Positions 26,101 through 39,678 of a DNA stretch of 64,000 nt are shown here, one piece after another (positions within the stretch are counted from its first letter, which is position 1; every line of letters starts with the position of its first letter). This DNA is from Auanema rhodensis (lineage: Eukaryota; Animalia; Nematoda). A program made the position numbers and the translations under genes. The stretch spans positions 13,020,001-13,084,000 of the forward strand of contig OZ059898.1 in assembly GCA_964057225.1 (NCBI GenBank), written 5' to 3'. Under the pieces are notes generated by a model, which was not told the DNA's origin, made no database searches, and was given only the letters and a program-made list of their open reading frames with translations.

Positions 26101-27737
26101 AAATGTAATTCCTTGGAATGCGCCTGCAGTTAGGATCAATAAAAGTAATATTTAATGTTTTATTATTAGCTTCATTTCCTTATTCTTTCAGATTCTCGTG
26201 ACTCTGATCCATACGCAATTGAGACTTTAGCCGAAATCTTACATTTCATCGAAGTTAACGAAGACCCAAGTTGTTTCATTTCATCAAGCACTTCATTATA
26301 TTATATTTTCAGAAGTAGTTAAAAACGCTGTTGCTTCATTTTTAGATCGACATCGAAACTTAGCTGATCATGATCGACGTTCTTTAAAAAGAAAATTGTA
26401 TGAAAGAATAAAAGCTGTAAAATCTAAGGATGGACGGTGATTACATAGCTTTTTTAATAACATGGAAATTAATTTTATTTTTTTAGAGCTATTAACGATG
26501 CTATGGCTAGAGATAGACGAGCTAGTGTTGAACGTAATTGCGAACCTATTTTGGACTTTGAGCAGCGTGGTGAGCCTGGCGTGGATCGTCCTTTTTCTCC
26601 TTCTGATTTTGACTCATCAGATCCTGTGCAAGCGTTTTCTGAACCTATAAAGCCTATGGTAATATTTTTGTAAATTAGTTCCTTCTCATATGCAGCTGTT
26701 TAAGGATCACTTAAACAATTTCCGTCCTGCCGAATCAAGAACTGTAGTAGATGTAGAAACTGATAACTTAGGAACTTTTGGAGAATCTTCTCTTCCACCT
26801 CCTCCAAATTCTCCACCACCACCTCCTCCGCCACCTCCGCCACCGCCTCCTCTTCCAGTACTTGAATCAATTCCATGTCCGCTACCATCAATCCCGCCAC
26901 CATTCACAATCTTAGGTTTGAATGATTTACTCGTTTTGCATAGTATGCTTTCGATTTGAAGGAGCGGGAGCTATTCCCTTGCCACCAAAAAATATGCAAG
27001 GGACCTCAAAGTTGTCAGAAAATCTGGATTGTGCTAAAATTTCTGAAAGGAAATCTTCGGACTCTGCAGTGTCAACCCCACTGGTGAGTGTTTCAAGAAG
27101 TATTTAATGAAATTTGATATTGGTATTTAGTCATCCAGCAAAACAAATAATTCGAGTGTATCAACTGAATCTTCGGCTGATAGCAGTCCTAATATGTGCA
27201 TTCCGAATCCAATGGACCAATTTGAAAATAGGAGTGAAACGTTGATGAACCTTGATCATGCATCTGATGAGCTTACAAACTTCCAAGATTTTGGTAAATT
27301 TAGGGAATCAAAGCGATTTTTAACCTTTTTTTTTAGGAAATCTTGCTCCGCGTTTCACGATGGGACGAGCTCAACCTGTCTCCGTGAATAGAGGATTCTT
27401 TAATGGCGCTCCAATTCCTCGTGGTCCACCTATCAATCTAATGCCATGCAGAGGCACTCCTATGTTCGGCCCTCCAGTTGGTAGAGGATTCCCTCCATTC
27501 GGACGTGGTCGCGTATTACCGCCTGGCCCCGGTAGTTTCTTCCCCTCGTCACCTCTCCCATGCCCTGGTTCCGGCTCGGGACCTGGGCCGCGAGGTCGTT
27601 TACCGCCGAAAAACCGCCCCCTGCTAGGCTTGTACGGTCCTCCGGTCTGCAATCCAACCCCAGTTGCTAACCCAGGCCCAAATGTTTTGCTTCTACCACC
27701 ACCTCCTCCTCCTCCGCCTCCTCCACCTCCTCAGTAG
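23168..27737 (+). CDS. PHF3/DIDO1/Pps-family protein (TFIIS central domain, SPOC domain, Pro/RG-rich tail)
   Basis: TFIIS-M-like VRQSVRKAMADAL...AAEALENSLY...QYKHWFKQFLLLVKDIKNK; DIDO/PHF3 signature DTTAQHLSHFFDKNCNIC; SPOC-like IIWRGNIAM...LPSTLKIKGRIQP...VKDGYLMP; poly-Pro C-terminus. The start (ATG directly followed by an intron) is less certain. Confidence 0.8.
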
Positions 27738-28637
27738 CTTATACAATATCGTAAGGTAACATGAAGCTCTTCATGTATTCGACGATTATAAGTGATCTTC
27801 TGCAAGAAGGACGGGTTCAAATCTAGTTAAACTAGGATGAAGGTGGTCTATAGTTCCTGGTGAGCGTTGTAATAAGTCGCTTTATGCCTTTTTTAAATGA
27901 GTAACACAGTGTCAACTATCTGTAAATATGTATAGTTTAATAATTTATAGAATAAAGTTTAAATAAAGCCATTCCTTATTCAATGTGTATTAAAAACTTT
28001 CCGCGTAGTACAACTGACGATGTCGACGACGAGAAGAACCTGGTGGCTAATTTCTTTAGTATTGGTTTTGCCGGATGACCATGACTAATAGCCCTTCTCT
28101 TACTGTCTGTTTCATGATCATTAGGATCGTCTAACCTCATTCTTCTAGGGTTATTCTATTCATGCTGAACCATTGCATTGTATAACTCAAGATCTCACTT
28201 TCAACCAAATATTACCCAGTTTTTCGTTCATCTCACGCATTGGCCGGATGGACTGTTGCTTGGCCTCTGTGAAGTGAACAATTTCCTAATTGAGCTTTGA
28301 AAGACGTCTTAACGACAACATTTCTTACTATATTTGGCGACTTTCTAGCTTCAAATCATTTAAGAAGTGTGAGGTATGACTTTCAAGAGACTTGGTCGAG
28401 GAGATTTTCCGAAGAAATAAACTTGTCTCTTCTCTTTCCATGTTCTAGCCACTTGACTATGCTTGTCCTTATGTATAAAGGATGAACGAAGCAGCATCTG
28501 GGAAATCACATTCATTGTCCTGTCAAAACGTCTTGTTTCCTTTTCGCTTCTTTGTTTTTCTGTATTTTATTTTCCTCGTTTATGTTATTTCATAACTGAA
28601 GCTAAGTTTCTTTATCAATTTTTCAGACTGTAGACGA

Positions 28638-28923
28638 ATGAGAATTGTATTTATACTTTCCTTCTGTTTTATTTATAATTATGCACGACGGGTTGGAAGA
28701 CAACCAGCATCAGATGAGCCTTTTCATGTAAATGTAAGTAAACTGAACTTGAAAATAGAACTTCAAATTGGTTTTAGCATGGTCTTTACGAGACAGCTCA
28801 GAATGCTGCCATTGAAGCTGGGCAGACATTCAGTGAGGAGCAACTCGAACAAGAATTACTAAATTCCATAGAACCAACAAAAGCTTTTAAAGGTTTGTTG
28901 AATCCGTTTTTGAATAGAACAAT

Positions 28924-28954
<31 letters not shown>

Positions 28955-31900
28955 CCTTCAGGAACTATTGTTGCTCGTCATAACATACGACCACCATCAC
29001 TCCAACCATTGAAACATCAGAATACTGCTTTCCTATTCAACGAAGATAAAACATCTTCAGAGTCAGCAGAAGATCAAGAAAATTTAGAAGGATCTGCCGA
29101 AAATATTATTGAAAATAACGATGATGAAGTAGAGAATAAAGAACAGATAAAGTCGATTATTTTCTTTTTTTTTCCTAATTTAACCAATTATCGTTGCAGA
29201 AACAAAAAATCTGATGTTCAGCTACCTTCTCTATTAGGTTTTTTCAGTTTATTCTCAGAAAATAGTAATTTAATAATAATTATTATAGGATTATCAGGCG
29301 CAGCTATTGCAAATAAAAAGTTTGAAGCGGAAATGAACAAAACTTTGGAAGATGTAGAAGACATGATGATTGACATAACATCGGGGACTACTATGGTATT
29401 GTTCTGAATCACGGCTTTATCAACTATTCACTTGTCGTAGACGTCAATTGAAGATTCTGAAGAAGATGATGAAGGCTCTGGATCAGATTCATTAGAGTCT
29501 TCAATTCCATTTGATTTGGCTGGCTTTGGAGAAGGACCAATTAGCTCAAAAATATCTTTGTCAAAGATCAGTGAAACAATTACGCAGAAGAAGAACAAAG
29601 AATCAAGTGAAGATTCAGATACTATAAAGATTTCTGGAGAAATCGGTCGTGAAAATATTATAGGTAAGAGTGTGGATCTAGTAACTTGTTAATTTTTTAA
29701 AATTTAAACAGAGTCTGATCTAATGAGAGTTACTCCTAGTTTGAGAATATCTCAGGGTGATACTACAACTGTTTCTCTTCTTGAAGATGATGAAGACACA
29801 ACTACTGAAGAAATGGAGAAAAAGCCTACCCCATCAGGAACTTTCTTAGAAGACGACTTACTACCTATATTCCTCAGAAAGAAAATGGCAAAAAATCGCG
29901 ACCATAGTGCAGCAAGACGGGGAGCGATTCAAGGTATATATCAAGTTTGACGGAAATTTGCAAAATCTGATCATGTACAGGTTGTCCAGCACCTGTACTT
30001 TGCGGTAAAAACTGCTTCATAGCTTTGGATTCGAAAGGATGCCAGACATGTGAATGCCTCTGGCAAGCATTGAGTATGTTTCTCAATGTCTGAATGGAGT
30101 ATTTAATAATTTGCTGTAATTTTCAGGTTGTGAGACGAACGATGATTGTCCGGAGTCAATTCAAATCTGCGACCTTGGCAAATGCGAATGTAGTCAAGGA
30201 TTTGAACAGGTACATCCAGTTGATTGAAAATCAGCTTTTTTCACAAAGTGAGATGAAACATACAAGCGTTCACCCACTTTTCTCAATGAAAAGTGGATAA
30301 AGATGGAGTAATAGTTGTCAGGACTCGCTAACTAGCTGATGACTCGTCATTCTTACCCCTAAAGTCCTCAATCTCACTAGCACTTCAAGGAAAACGAATA
30401 AATAGTTATGATGCTGAAGATGTGTCAAGTAGAATTTTGAAAGTTTTGAAATACTAGTCAGACGGCTGAAAACGCGTTTCCTATCATCTTGATGAGGTCA
30501 AAAACGTTTTTGAAGTCTTAACTTCCATAATTTCAGGATATGGATCGATCCGGTATGTGCAAACCAATTCTCCCAGATGTCTCTGTCAATGGTAAATAGC
30601 ATCATTTCATTCACATATTTAATTATCCTGTTTAAAGATGAAGCAGTTGAAGAATCTGCTGTTCAGCAGGCCAAACGACTTTTTGAAGAAGCTGTACGTA
30701 ACTCACCACATCCCGAATTACTCCTTGATCCAAATTTGGACAAAGATCGAAAGGTTTGCATTCACATAAGGAATTATCAGATAACATACAATTCGTCTGA
30801 ACATTTTAGTCTAAAATACCATTGAATTTGTACTATGGAGAGCATCGAAAGCATATCCGTGTAATCCGATCAGTTGATAAGCTTCGAAGACCTGAACGTC
30901 TTCAATGGCCAGGTATTGTCAATTAACTCAACAACTAGCACACAAACACATAAATACCAATGGAATAATTAGTTCTTATTTTTCTTAGCACGGGTATATG
31001 GCATGGTTGAAATAAGTTTTTCTGAAATTAAATTTTTTTTGCACTTTTCTGTATGTATTTGTTCATAGATTTATTTAAAATAAACCTACTATATTTTAAT
31101 TTATATATTGTTTTCTATGATAGAGCATGTTGCATGTATAAAATGGTGTCGGTTTATTATTGTTCATATCTGGTGATGGTATTTCTAATAATTTTCAATA
31201 TAATTATTTAATAATATTTTAAATTTTTTTATAATTAAAAATATTATTTAAATTAAAATGTTCACTACAAATAGACTTGTCATACTTGCTTTACGGGAAC
31301 TTTCACGTGAATTTTCACGTAAACTTTTCGAATGCCAGTAATGTATTCAGCTGTTACGTGAACTTTCACGCCAAATTGGCTAGCTAAGTGAGAATGACTT
31401 TGGCTGTTACGTGAACTTATACGTGGAATGAACTTTATTTTCGGTATTCACAGACGTTTTTTGGTTGAAGTTTTATCACATTTTTGCCAAAAAAAGTAGC
31501 TTTGTAAGGTCCATGTGATTCTTCTGAACATTGTCCTCCTCCACTGCATTGTCTTCAAGGAGACTGTTGGTACCTTCCAGACAAGCCCATCAGACGCAGA
31601 TCTAGAAACTTGCAACGAGATTCAATACCTGATTCTTTCATCATCTCAAACGATGAAGATGATAGTGAAGGTAATTGTGTATAGTGAAGAAATAATTGAA
31701 ATATTCTTCTAATTCTTCAGATTACCATGATGATTTGACTTCAGTTAATATTCCAACAGCAACAACTAAGCCACGGTTTTTGATGAAATTTAGCTATTTT
31801 TACGAAACAAATCCTGTTCCAGAGGACTTTTACGATTTGTTTCTGATAATTCAGGAATAGATTCCGTTGAAAAACAAACAGAACGAACCACAATTAGTCC

Positions 31901-33431
31901 TCCAACAACTAATAATATGTTTGAAATAACAAGTCAAAGTTTATTCGATGCAGGCATTACAACTTTGAGTCCACTCTCAACAGGTTTTTATTACCATTGA
32001 GTCAATTTCAAATATTTTTCTATTTTTAGTAAAAATCTTGGGTGATACTGGAAAGAGTGACTTTGCAAAGTTTTCCGAGGATTATGATTTACCTCCAGCA
32101 CCTCCACCAGCTGAAATACATGGTCCTAATTTAGATTTTACTACATCTATTCCAACTTCTACATCTACATCCAAAATTGAACAAGCTGTAGGAAGTGTTT
32201 CCAGGTTTTTAGTGAAATACCTCTTTCAAGTTTAAATTAACAGTCTATATTCAGAGATAAAATCTCTCGAACTTTTGAATTTACTGAGGAACAACGAGCT
32301 AACTCAGCTAAAAGCTTCACAAAAGTCATTGAATTACCTAAAGTCGAGGTTATTATAGACATTTACTTCAACTTCAATTGAACTTTTTAAGGTTCTCAAA
32401 CCAATTTTTAAGAAAAGGGGTAGAAAACAACAAACTGAAGTTCGAGCCAAAGCACAAGGAGTGGAAACAGTTACTGAAATAAATGATTTAGAATTTCCTA
32501 TCTCAGCACAATTAAAAAAGCTTAAAGATGCTGGTATTGAGCTCACTCCTCCACCAGCATTAAGTGCAAAGCCTACTGATGAAGTCTGTCATTTCACATC
32601 TTAATAGCTTTAAGACAATGTATCTTTTCAGGAATTGAAAGGACATGAAGAATTTATGAGAGCAATGCATGAACAAAGAGTTCAGGTTCAAAAAGAATTC
32701 AAAATGTTTGACTTTGCTCCTCATTTCATAGTTCTAATCATTAATGTTTAAGACGTGAAAATCCATTTTCAAGCGAAATTGATGGCTTCTCTTCCTCAGC
32801 CTTCCTTAGCAACAACGATCAGAGAACAACTGAAGGCAGTTGGACTACTGAGCAGGGTCAGACAAGCACGACATTATGTTATTTCATATCAAACCATTTT
32901 TCAGCAACGACAACACCTGTAAAGATTGAAAATCAAAAAGCTGGAGTGTGGTATGATATGGAAACTCCTACACAACCAGAGAGAAGGTGTTGTTAACGCT
33001 GATGATTAGCTTCTGAATCCCTAATTATTCAGACGATCTCCAACAAATAGCCCTTCTCGTCTATATATGGAATATACAGAAAAAAATGTTCGAGGAAAAC
33101 CTATACGTGTTGAAGGCCGAGTAATAGGTAAATCTTTCATGTCATTTTGGCTTCACTATGTATTTTCCCAATTTTTCAGGAAATTTAGAAAACGAATGTG
33201 ATACAGACCGAGACTGTGGTCCTAGATTCAAATGTTGTACGAAGCAATGGTGTGATCAAAGGCCGTTCTGCGGAAAAGCAAAGTAAGGATTCCGAATCAG
33301 ATGATGATTTTGATGACTAAGAACTGCAAATAATATTGCTTTTCAGATTCTGTCTTCCAAATTGTACGAGGACAAAGCTAGTGAATGCCCCAAATCACTC
33401 AAGTCAAACACTTGATATTGTCTATGATTAG
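28638..33431 (+). CDS. Large secreted mucin-like protein with antistasin-like, EB/EGF-like and C-terminal WAP-like Cys modules
   Basis: Signal peptide MRIVFILSFCFIYNYA; Thr runs; GCPAPVLCGKNCFIALDSKGCQTCEC (antistasin-like); CETNDDCPESIQICDLGKCECSQGF; PCDSSEHCPPPLHCLQGDCW; ECDTDRDCGPRFKCCTKQWC...FCLPNC (WAP-like). TAG at 33429-33431. Confidence 0.78.
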
Positions 33432-33773
33432 GAAAATTAAAGTAGAATGTATGAAATAATAATTTATTAATATTAAAATGATACAAATTGTATTTTTAAT
33501 TTATGTATTATATGATTTCTTCTTTGTTTTTCTTTATTTTTTAAAATAAATTAAATATAATAAATATACAATTAATGTCAAGGAAATACGAGATGATGAA
33601 AGTCATGGAATGTTGTCATTGTCAACCAACCGTCTGTATAATACCACGAAATTTTGTAAATTCTAAAAGCTTAAGCTTGAAACTAAAACTTGGGTTTGAG
33701 CTTGATATTTCTTCTTCTTTTTATTATTAGTTAAATTAAATTTTTTAAATATTTTCATTGAGATAGAAGCAGG

Positions 33774-36700
33774 CTATGCCAAACTTCTCACTATGCCATA
33801 ATGGTGTCCAACATGATGGTCATGCCCTAAAGTTTCAAATAAAGTTTTAACTAGTTTTCATTAAAAAATGAAACCTGTTTCTTTACTAGATGAACCACTA
33901 GACTCTTTGTCATGAATATTTGTATGCTTTTCTTCGTGATTATGCGGACCACCAAGAATATGAGGCGATAAAACCTAAAATTCAAATTGTTTTGCTAAAA
34001 CAAAGTCAAATGAGAGAGAAAGAATTGAGAAAAATACTCATTACTAACTTCAACTAAAAGATTTTCCTCACTAGCTATTCGTGGAGATAAGATATTTGGA
34101 CTTAATACCATAACTCCAATACTTTCTGATGATAGAACATGAGGAGCTAATATACCTAAAAATATTAGTTTTTCATCGCAAATTTCCCTAAAAAAGAAGT
34201 TTTAAAAGAGATTTTTTCCTTTCATTCATCATCATTCATATATAGATTTCATTTTCATATTGTTATATGGCCTATCATAATAGACTGGAATTCATTTGAC
34301 CTCAATGTAAGAGGTAAACATAACATCAAATAGATGCAATTAGTAAATTTACTTGTCATTTTGACTGTCATTGAATACTATAACTATAGAGAGATAACTC
34401 ACTTGTAAACTAGACTTTTTCACTTTTTTTTTCAATTTCAAACTTTTACTAGATTTCAATTTATAATATATACCTGGACTTAATATATCGATGACTAAGG
34501 CTTCTGGTGATAATACACGTGGCTCAAGAAAACGTGGTGTTAGAACTTCAGCTATCTGAAAATTATTGTATATGTATATGTTTTGTTATATCATATAATT
34601 AGGTTTCAAATAAAGTTGCAAATATGTACTCACCATCGCTTCTGGAGATAACACCCAGGCGGTTAAGGCGCGAGGTGCTAACACTTCGGCTCGTAAAGCG
34701 CTTGGAGAGAGGATTCTAGCTATTAAAGCTGAAGGGGACAATACCGTCGCAACAAATGCTCTCGGTGATAATACAATGGCCTGGAATTGAATGATAATTC
34801 AACCTGTATATAGTTAAATTGACAATAATATTACGTTTAATCCCTCGGCCACCAAAAATTCGCCGATAAATGCCTGAGGAGATAATGTAACAGCTTCCAA
34901 AGCTATGCCATGACCAACCATGTTGGAAAACGCTGCTGGGTGCATATTCAGGAATGTTATGCCGTTGATTTTCTGGCCATGCGAAGAGGCTGAGTCTGCA
35001 TGTCCTCCAGCATCAGCTCCAGCTTCAGCATGCTCATCTGTCGGACCTGCCGGATTCTTACCAATCATAGGATCAGGGTGACCACCACCGTTCGGTTTAT
35101 TAATAGGTGTGATTGGCTTCAGATTATCAGTCACATGAATTTCATCACTTTCAACAGTCGTTGAATTTGATGATTCAGTTGAAGTTCTTAAATCATTCTC
35201 ATCTACTACAGTTGCCTCAGCAGATCTTCGTTTTCGAATATCTAGGAAAGAACAGATGAATGTTTACCTTTGAAAACTTAAATATTCAAATACCATTCAT
35301 TGGAAAATCTGGTCCAGTGTACGATAATTCAGATAATTCTCTGATAAATTCTTCAATTCGTTTCTCTTTCTCAGATCTATTCAAAGCAGCAATTGCTGAG
35401 ATGTTTTGAGGTTGATCGATAGTAACTGAATCGCAATATTTGTTTATAAAACAGCTTGAAAACTTGAAGAATATTCTATGTTATAACTTACATTTGGGAT
35501 TGTTGTATACAAGATCCATCTGTTCAGGATCTAGATAGGTATAGCCAAACTTATCGTATTCTTTGCGTTGATCTTCTGAGAATGTACCACGAGCTCTGAA
35601 AATAAGGAGATGACCCATATCATCGAATCATGATTCTTACTTAAGCCAATTGGAGTCATGTTGTTTCATTTCCATTAGCAAAGGATATTGAACGTTAGAT
35701 ACGTAATCCATTTCATGTGACATCTTCGATAAAACTTGCTAAATCAGCTTAATTATAAACCTTAAGCATAATCTTCAACATCTACACGTAGCTCATGCTC
35801 TTCACCATACCCATCCTCTTTCATCTCTCTCTTTCATCTCTCAACCCTCCCTTTCTCTCCTTCTCCTGCACGCTCTCCAACTCATCCGTTTTTTTCGTTA
35901 AAATCAAACTGTTATACCAGTAAATTCTAAATGTAAACCTCTAACAACCCAATTATTTAAAAAAAAAATTTTCTCTCAAAAGGATTTTGTATGATTTGAT
36001 TCAATAAACTCACGTCTAATGCTTTCCCAGCTCCACTTAAATCCATAAGTAGATCCAGCATTATTTGTTGATATGCTTGTTCAGAAGTTAGAACCTTAAA
36101 GTAGAAATTGATAGTTTTGACCAAGTGAATATCTCATATCCTACACTGAATACATCGGGAAGTGAGAAGAATCCTTCTTTATGAAACGATAATAACGTCG
36201 GTGACAAGAGTTTTTTCTTGGATTGTATAATTGCTTCAGGGAATAGAGGGAAAAGCCGAGGAGACATAATGGAAAGAGTCTTAAAACCCTTTGTTCCCTT
36301 AATTATTAATTTGAAAATATTCAATTTCAAGAGATAATTACAGAGAATTCGTTGAGAACATCTAGTAAATCTTCAACAGCAGTCAACACGTTGTCATGTA
36401 ATTCAGGTTCCTTACTATCAATAGGGATTCCAACTTTTTTGAAAAAACTGACAAGAAATAAGCATAAGTTGGTAAAGTTTTTATATATTTTACCTTTTAT
36501 TCTCATTGTTCATTACTTTATAATAATCTCGAATTTCTTCAACTTTATCATAATGATCTTTTAAAATATGAAGTTTATCCAGATGAGGTGTTGTTTTTTT
36601 ATCTGAAAATTTAAAAAATTGGCCGAAAAAAAGAAGAAAACGAACGTAAGAACTTCTGAAAATGTTTTTTCATGTCACCAAATAAGAAATCATTGAAAAC

Positions 36701-37818
36701 TGATTTGAAGAAGAAATCAGCTGAAATTTAAAACTTTTTGTCATTGCCAAACGCTTAAGTTTAAATACATTTTTCACGTTTTATACGAGATTTCTGCATA
36801 ACTCGTGGTAATCCCAAAAAATTTCTGTCAATAGATTCTGCTTTCTTTACAGTTTGTTCTGGTTTTTTGAAATTATTAATCTCTTTTTTCATCTTCTGCC
36901 GCTCTTCTTGTAGAAACAGCTCCCAAGCTTCAGCTACTGGATCGGTTTGTCTTCGAGGTCGTCGTGCTATACGGAATCCAGGATGAGGACGACGAATTTG
37001 GGGTCTAAAACAGGAAATATGATGTACAAATAAAACTTTTAAATGAAACACCTAATTGGATTCCACTGTTTTCCATTTTTAAAATAAGTTTTATGAGCAA
37101 TTTTCTTTATTTTTTTGGTTTTTTTCTTCTTCAAAAATTGCTGTTTCACATCATCCGTTTGATAATAAACCAATTTTTGTTTATTTTCTCCTTCAGTTTC
37201 CTTCACATATCGTCGTTGTTTAATAACTTTCCAAGAACATTGAGCCAAATCTACAGTATTCTTAGCATCTTGTTCGCATTGTTGAAAGAGAATACGTTCA
37301 ATGGCTGGTAATTCAGTTAGATATGATCGAGTTTTAGCCTGAAAAGGTTGGAATAAATTGAAATTTCTACTTTAATTCTTTAACTATATGACAGTATTAA
37401 TTCATTTCATAGTTTAACTATATATATATAGTTAAAGAATGATATTTATAGAGTATACTATAACTCTTCCAAGTGGAAAATCGCTAATAAGTTGTGACCT
37501 CATTTTGCAATTGAGGAAATTTGGCAGAAAAAAAAGCGTCCAATTAAAAATATTTTTTTTAAAAATTACAAAATGAATTTCGATTACTTTTATTAATCCT
37601 CTGATCATTGCTATATGCCAAAGTTCACGCAATCGAACTTTATCCAAGTTGAAATGCTGTGATTTTCCCAGATCATCATTCAGTTCGGCATAATCGGTGG
37701 CAGAAGTGTATGAGGTAGAGAGAAATATAATAAGAAAAGCTGTAAGAAACTTAGTTATACATGTTAGTAGAGAATATCAATTATTACTTATATGGTATAA
37801 ATAACTTTTAGCTTCCAT
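33774..37818 (-). CDS. Moulting-cycle MLT-10-family (mltn) secreted protein
   Basis: Signal peptide MEAKSYLYHITFLIIFLSTSYTSA; IMSPRLFPLFP and LLSPTLLSFHKEGFFSLP motifs; long tandem xLSPxA repeat block (LSPQAF, LSPRAF, LSPSAL, LSPEAM, LSPEAL, LSPHIL); His-rich tail; TAG at 33774-33776. Confidence 0.9.
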
Positions 37819-39678
37819 CCATTAATATTGCTGATAACTGAAAATATATAGAAACGTTGCTAGAGAAGGCTGCAATTTCTGGCAGGGCTACTGTTTGTAA
37901 TGAACGATCTCGTACAAAAATTGATCAAAAAAGGATTTGAGGTTAAATCCTCAAGTAAACGTATAAAGAATTATGTAAAAGTTATAAAAAAAGGTTGTTG
38001 AAATGTTGTAATGGATCAGAGCCTTGGACAATATTTGAAAAGTACTGTGTGCAATAGGGGAGAAAAGATTTAAAAATTCAATGAAAAAGATACGATTAAG
38101 GTTTAATCTATTGTAACTTGATAAATAGCATAGTTACGTATAGTATATTGTTCACTAAAATTGTTACTTTATGGTAAAAGGTGTTGAGAATTCCAACTTA
38201 AAGAGGTTGGCTTGAACTTCAGGTTGGTGACTTTCTGGAGGTAACCAGCAATAATGAAATACAAGAAAGAGAAAAGAAGAGAATATGAGAATTTATAATA
38301 CAAATTTTATTTTATAGTGAAAGACGATGGAAGTCGTGACTTGCTTGAGCTACAAGTTGCTGTTAGAAGCTGTCTGGAGGCAAACTTCGGAATACAAAAT
38401 CATGATACATGAGAGAAAAGGAGGATTTGAGACAAATTGAAATGAATGTTTACATGTATTTGAATACATATTTAACCTCCATATCAAAATCTTATGTAAA
38501 TAAATAATTAAACAAACAAATCTGATCACGTATGAAGATGAATGTGAATTTTTAGATGAAATGTTTGAGCCCAATTGACGAATATCAAAGAGTGAAAAAG
38601 AAAAATAGAGAGTTGAAACGGAGGAAATTACCAGATGAATGGATGACGAGGACAGCTGAGGTGAGAACTGTTGAGTTCACTCTGACATATCACTGAAATC
38701 CATGCATGGCCGCTCACGCATTTTCCGGTTATACGGCTTGACTACGGTTTCCATTCGACCTTTGTGCCCCTAGGGCATGAACCCTGTGAGAATGATAGAA
38801 AGAGAAAGTAGAAAGTGAAGAAGTGAGAACGATTATAAGGGTATGATCTGTTTCTGCTTAATCTCATACTTCCTGTATTCTACTCTTCTAAACCAAGCAG
38901 TTTTTTTTTTCGTTTCATAATCTTATTGTAAGTTGAATAGGTTAGAGTTCAAATAGTAATACGTGATTCAGAATAAGTGGAACTTTTTGATTTCCATTCA
39001 TGCAAAATAGGGTTAGATGACATCAGAATCACCTTTCTTTGTATATCTAAGAGCATTCAGATAGATCAACATCATCTCATATAATATATTTCTAATACAT
39101 ATAGTTAGTTAGGTGCAAATGATGAAAGATTGAAAATTAAAATCATTTATTTCATTGAAAATCTAGAGATCATCAGGATCAAATATTTGTTCTATGTATA
39201 ATACATATATCTAAATATAAATGTTTTTTAAATTCTCATCAATTCAAACTATATACGATGAAATTTGTAAGATGAACATACAAATAAAGAATGATGTGAT
39301 GATGATAATTCTAATAATTCTTATCAAAGAATGAATAAGATTTTATTTGAAATCTTTTCATTCTTTCATAATAACCATTTCTTTGGGTTTTGACCTAGAA
39401 AATTTGAAAAACTTTGTGACAACAGGTTAAGAATATTTCAAAGTTTATGTATACATATGTATATGTATATGATGGTTTACTGTATTCACATATAAAATTG
39501 AAAATATCTTTATAATTTATATTAAATTATATTCTATAATTATATCATATAGTTTATAAAAAATTAAAATGATTAAAATAGTAATAATATTATTATAAGT
39601 TTGAAAAATTAGAATGCGTGTTAAATGCAACCGAGTTCAATGAAAAATCTTCGCAAAATAAAAAACAAATCACCTAAA

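Noticed and set aside
26700-27657. Gly-rich minus-strand ORFs
   Set aside because: Antisense shadows of poly-Pro exons.
30989-31084. Possible alternative terminal exon with AATAAA in the antistasin/WAP gene intron
   Set aside because: Compatible in frame but indistinguishable from AT-rich background without transcript data.
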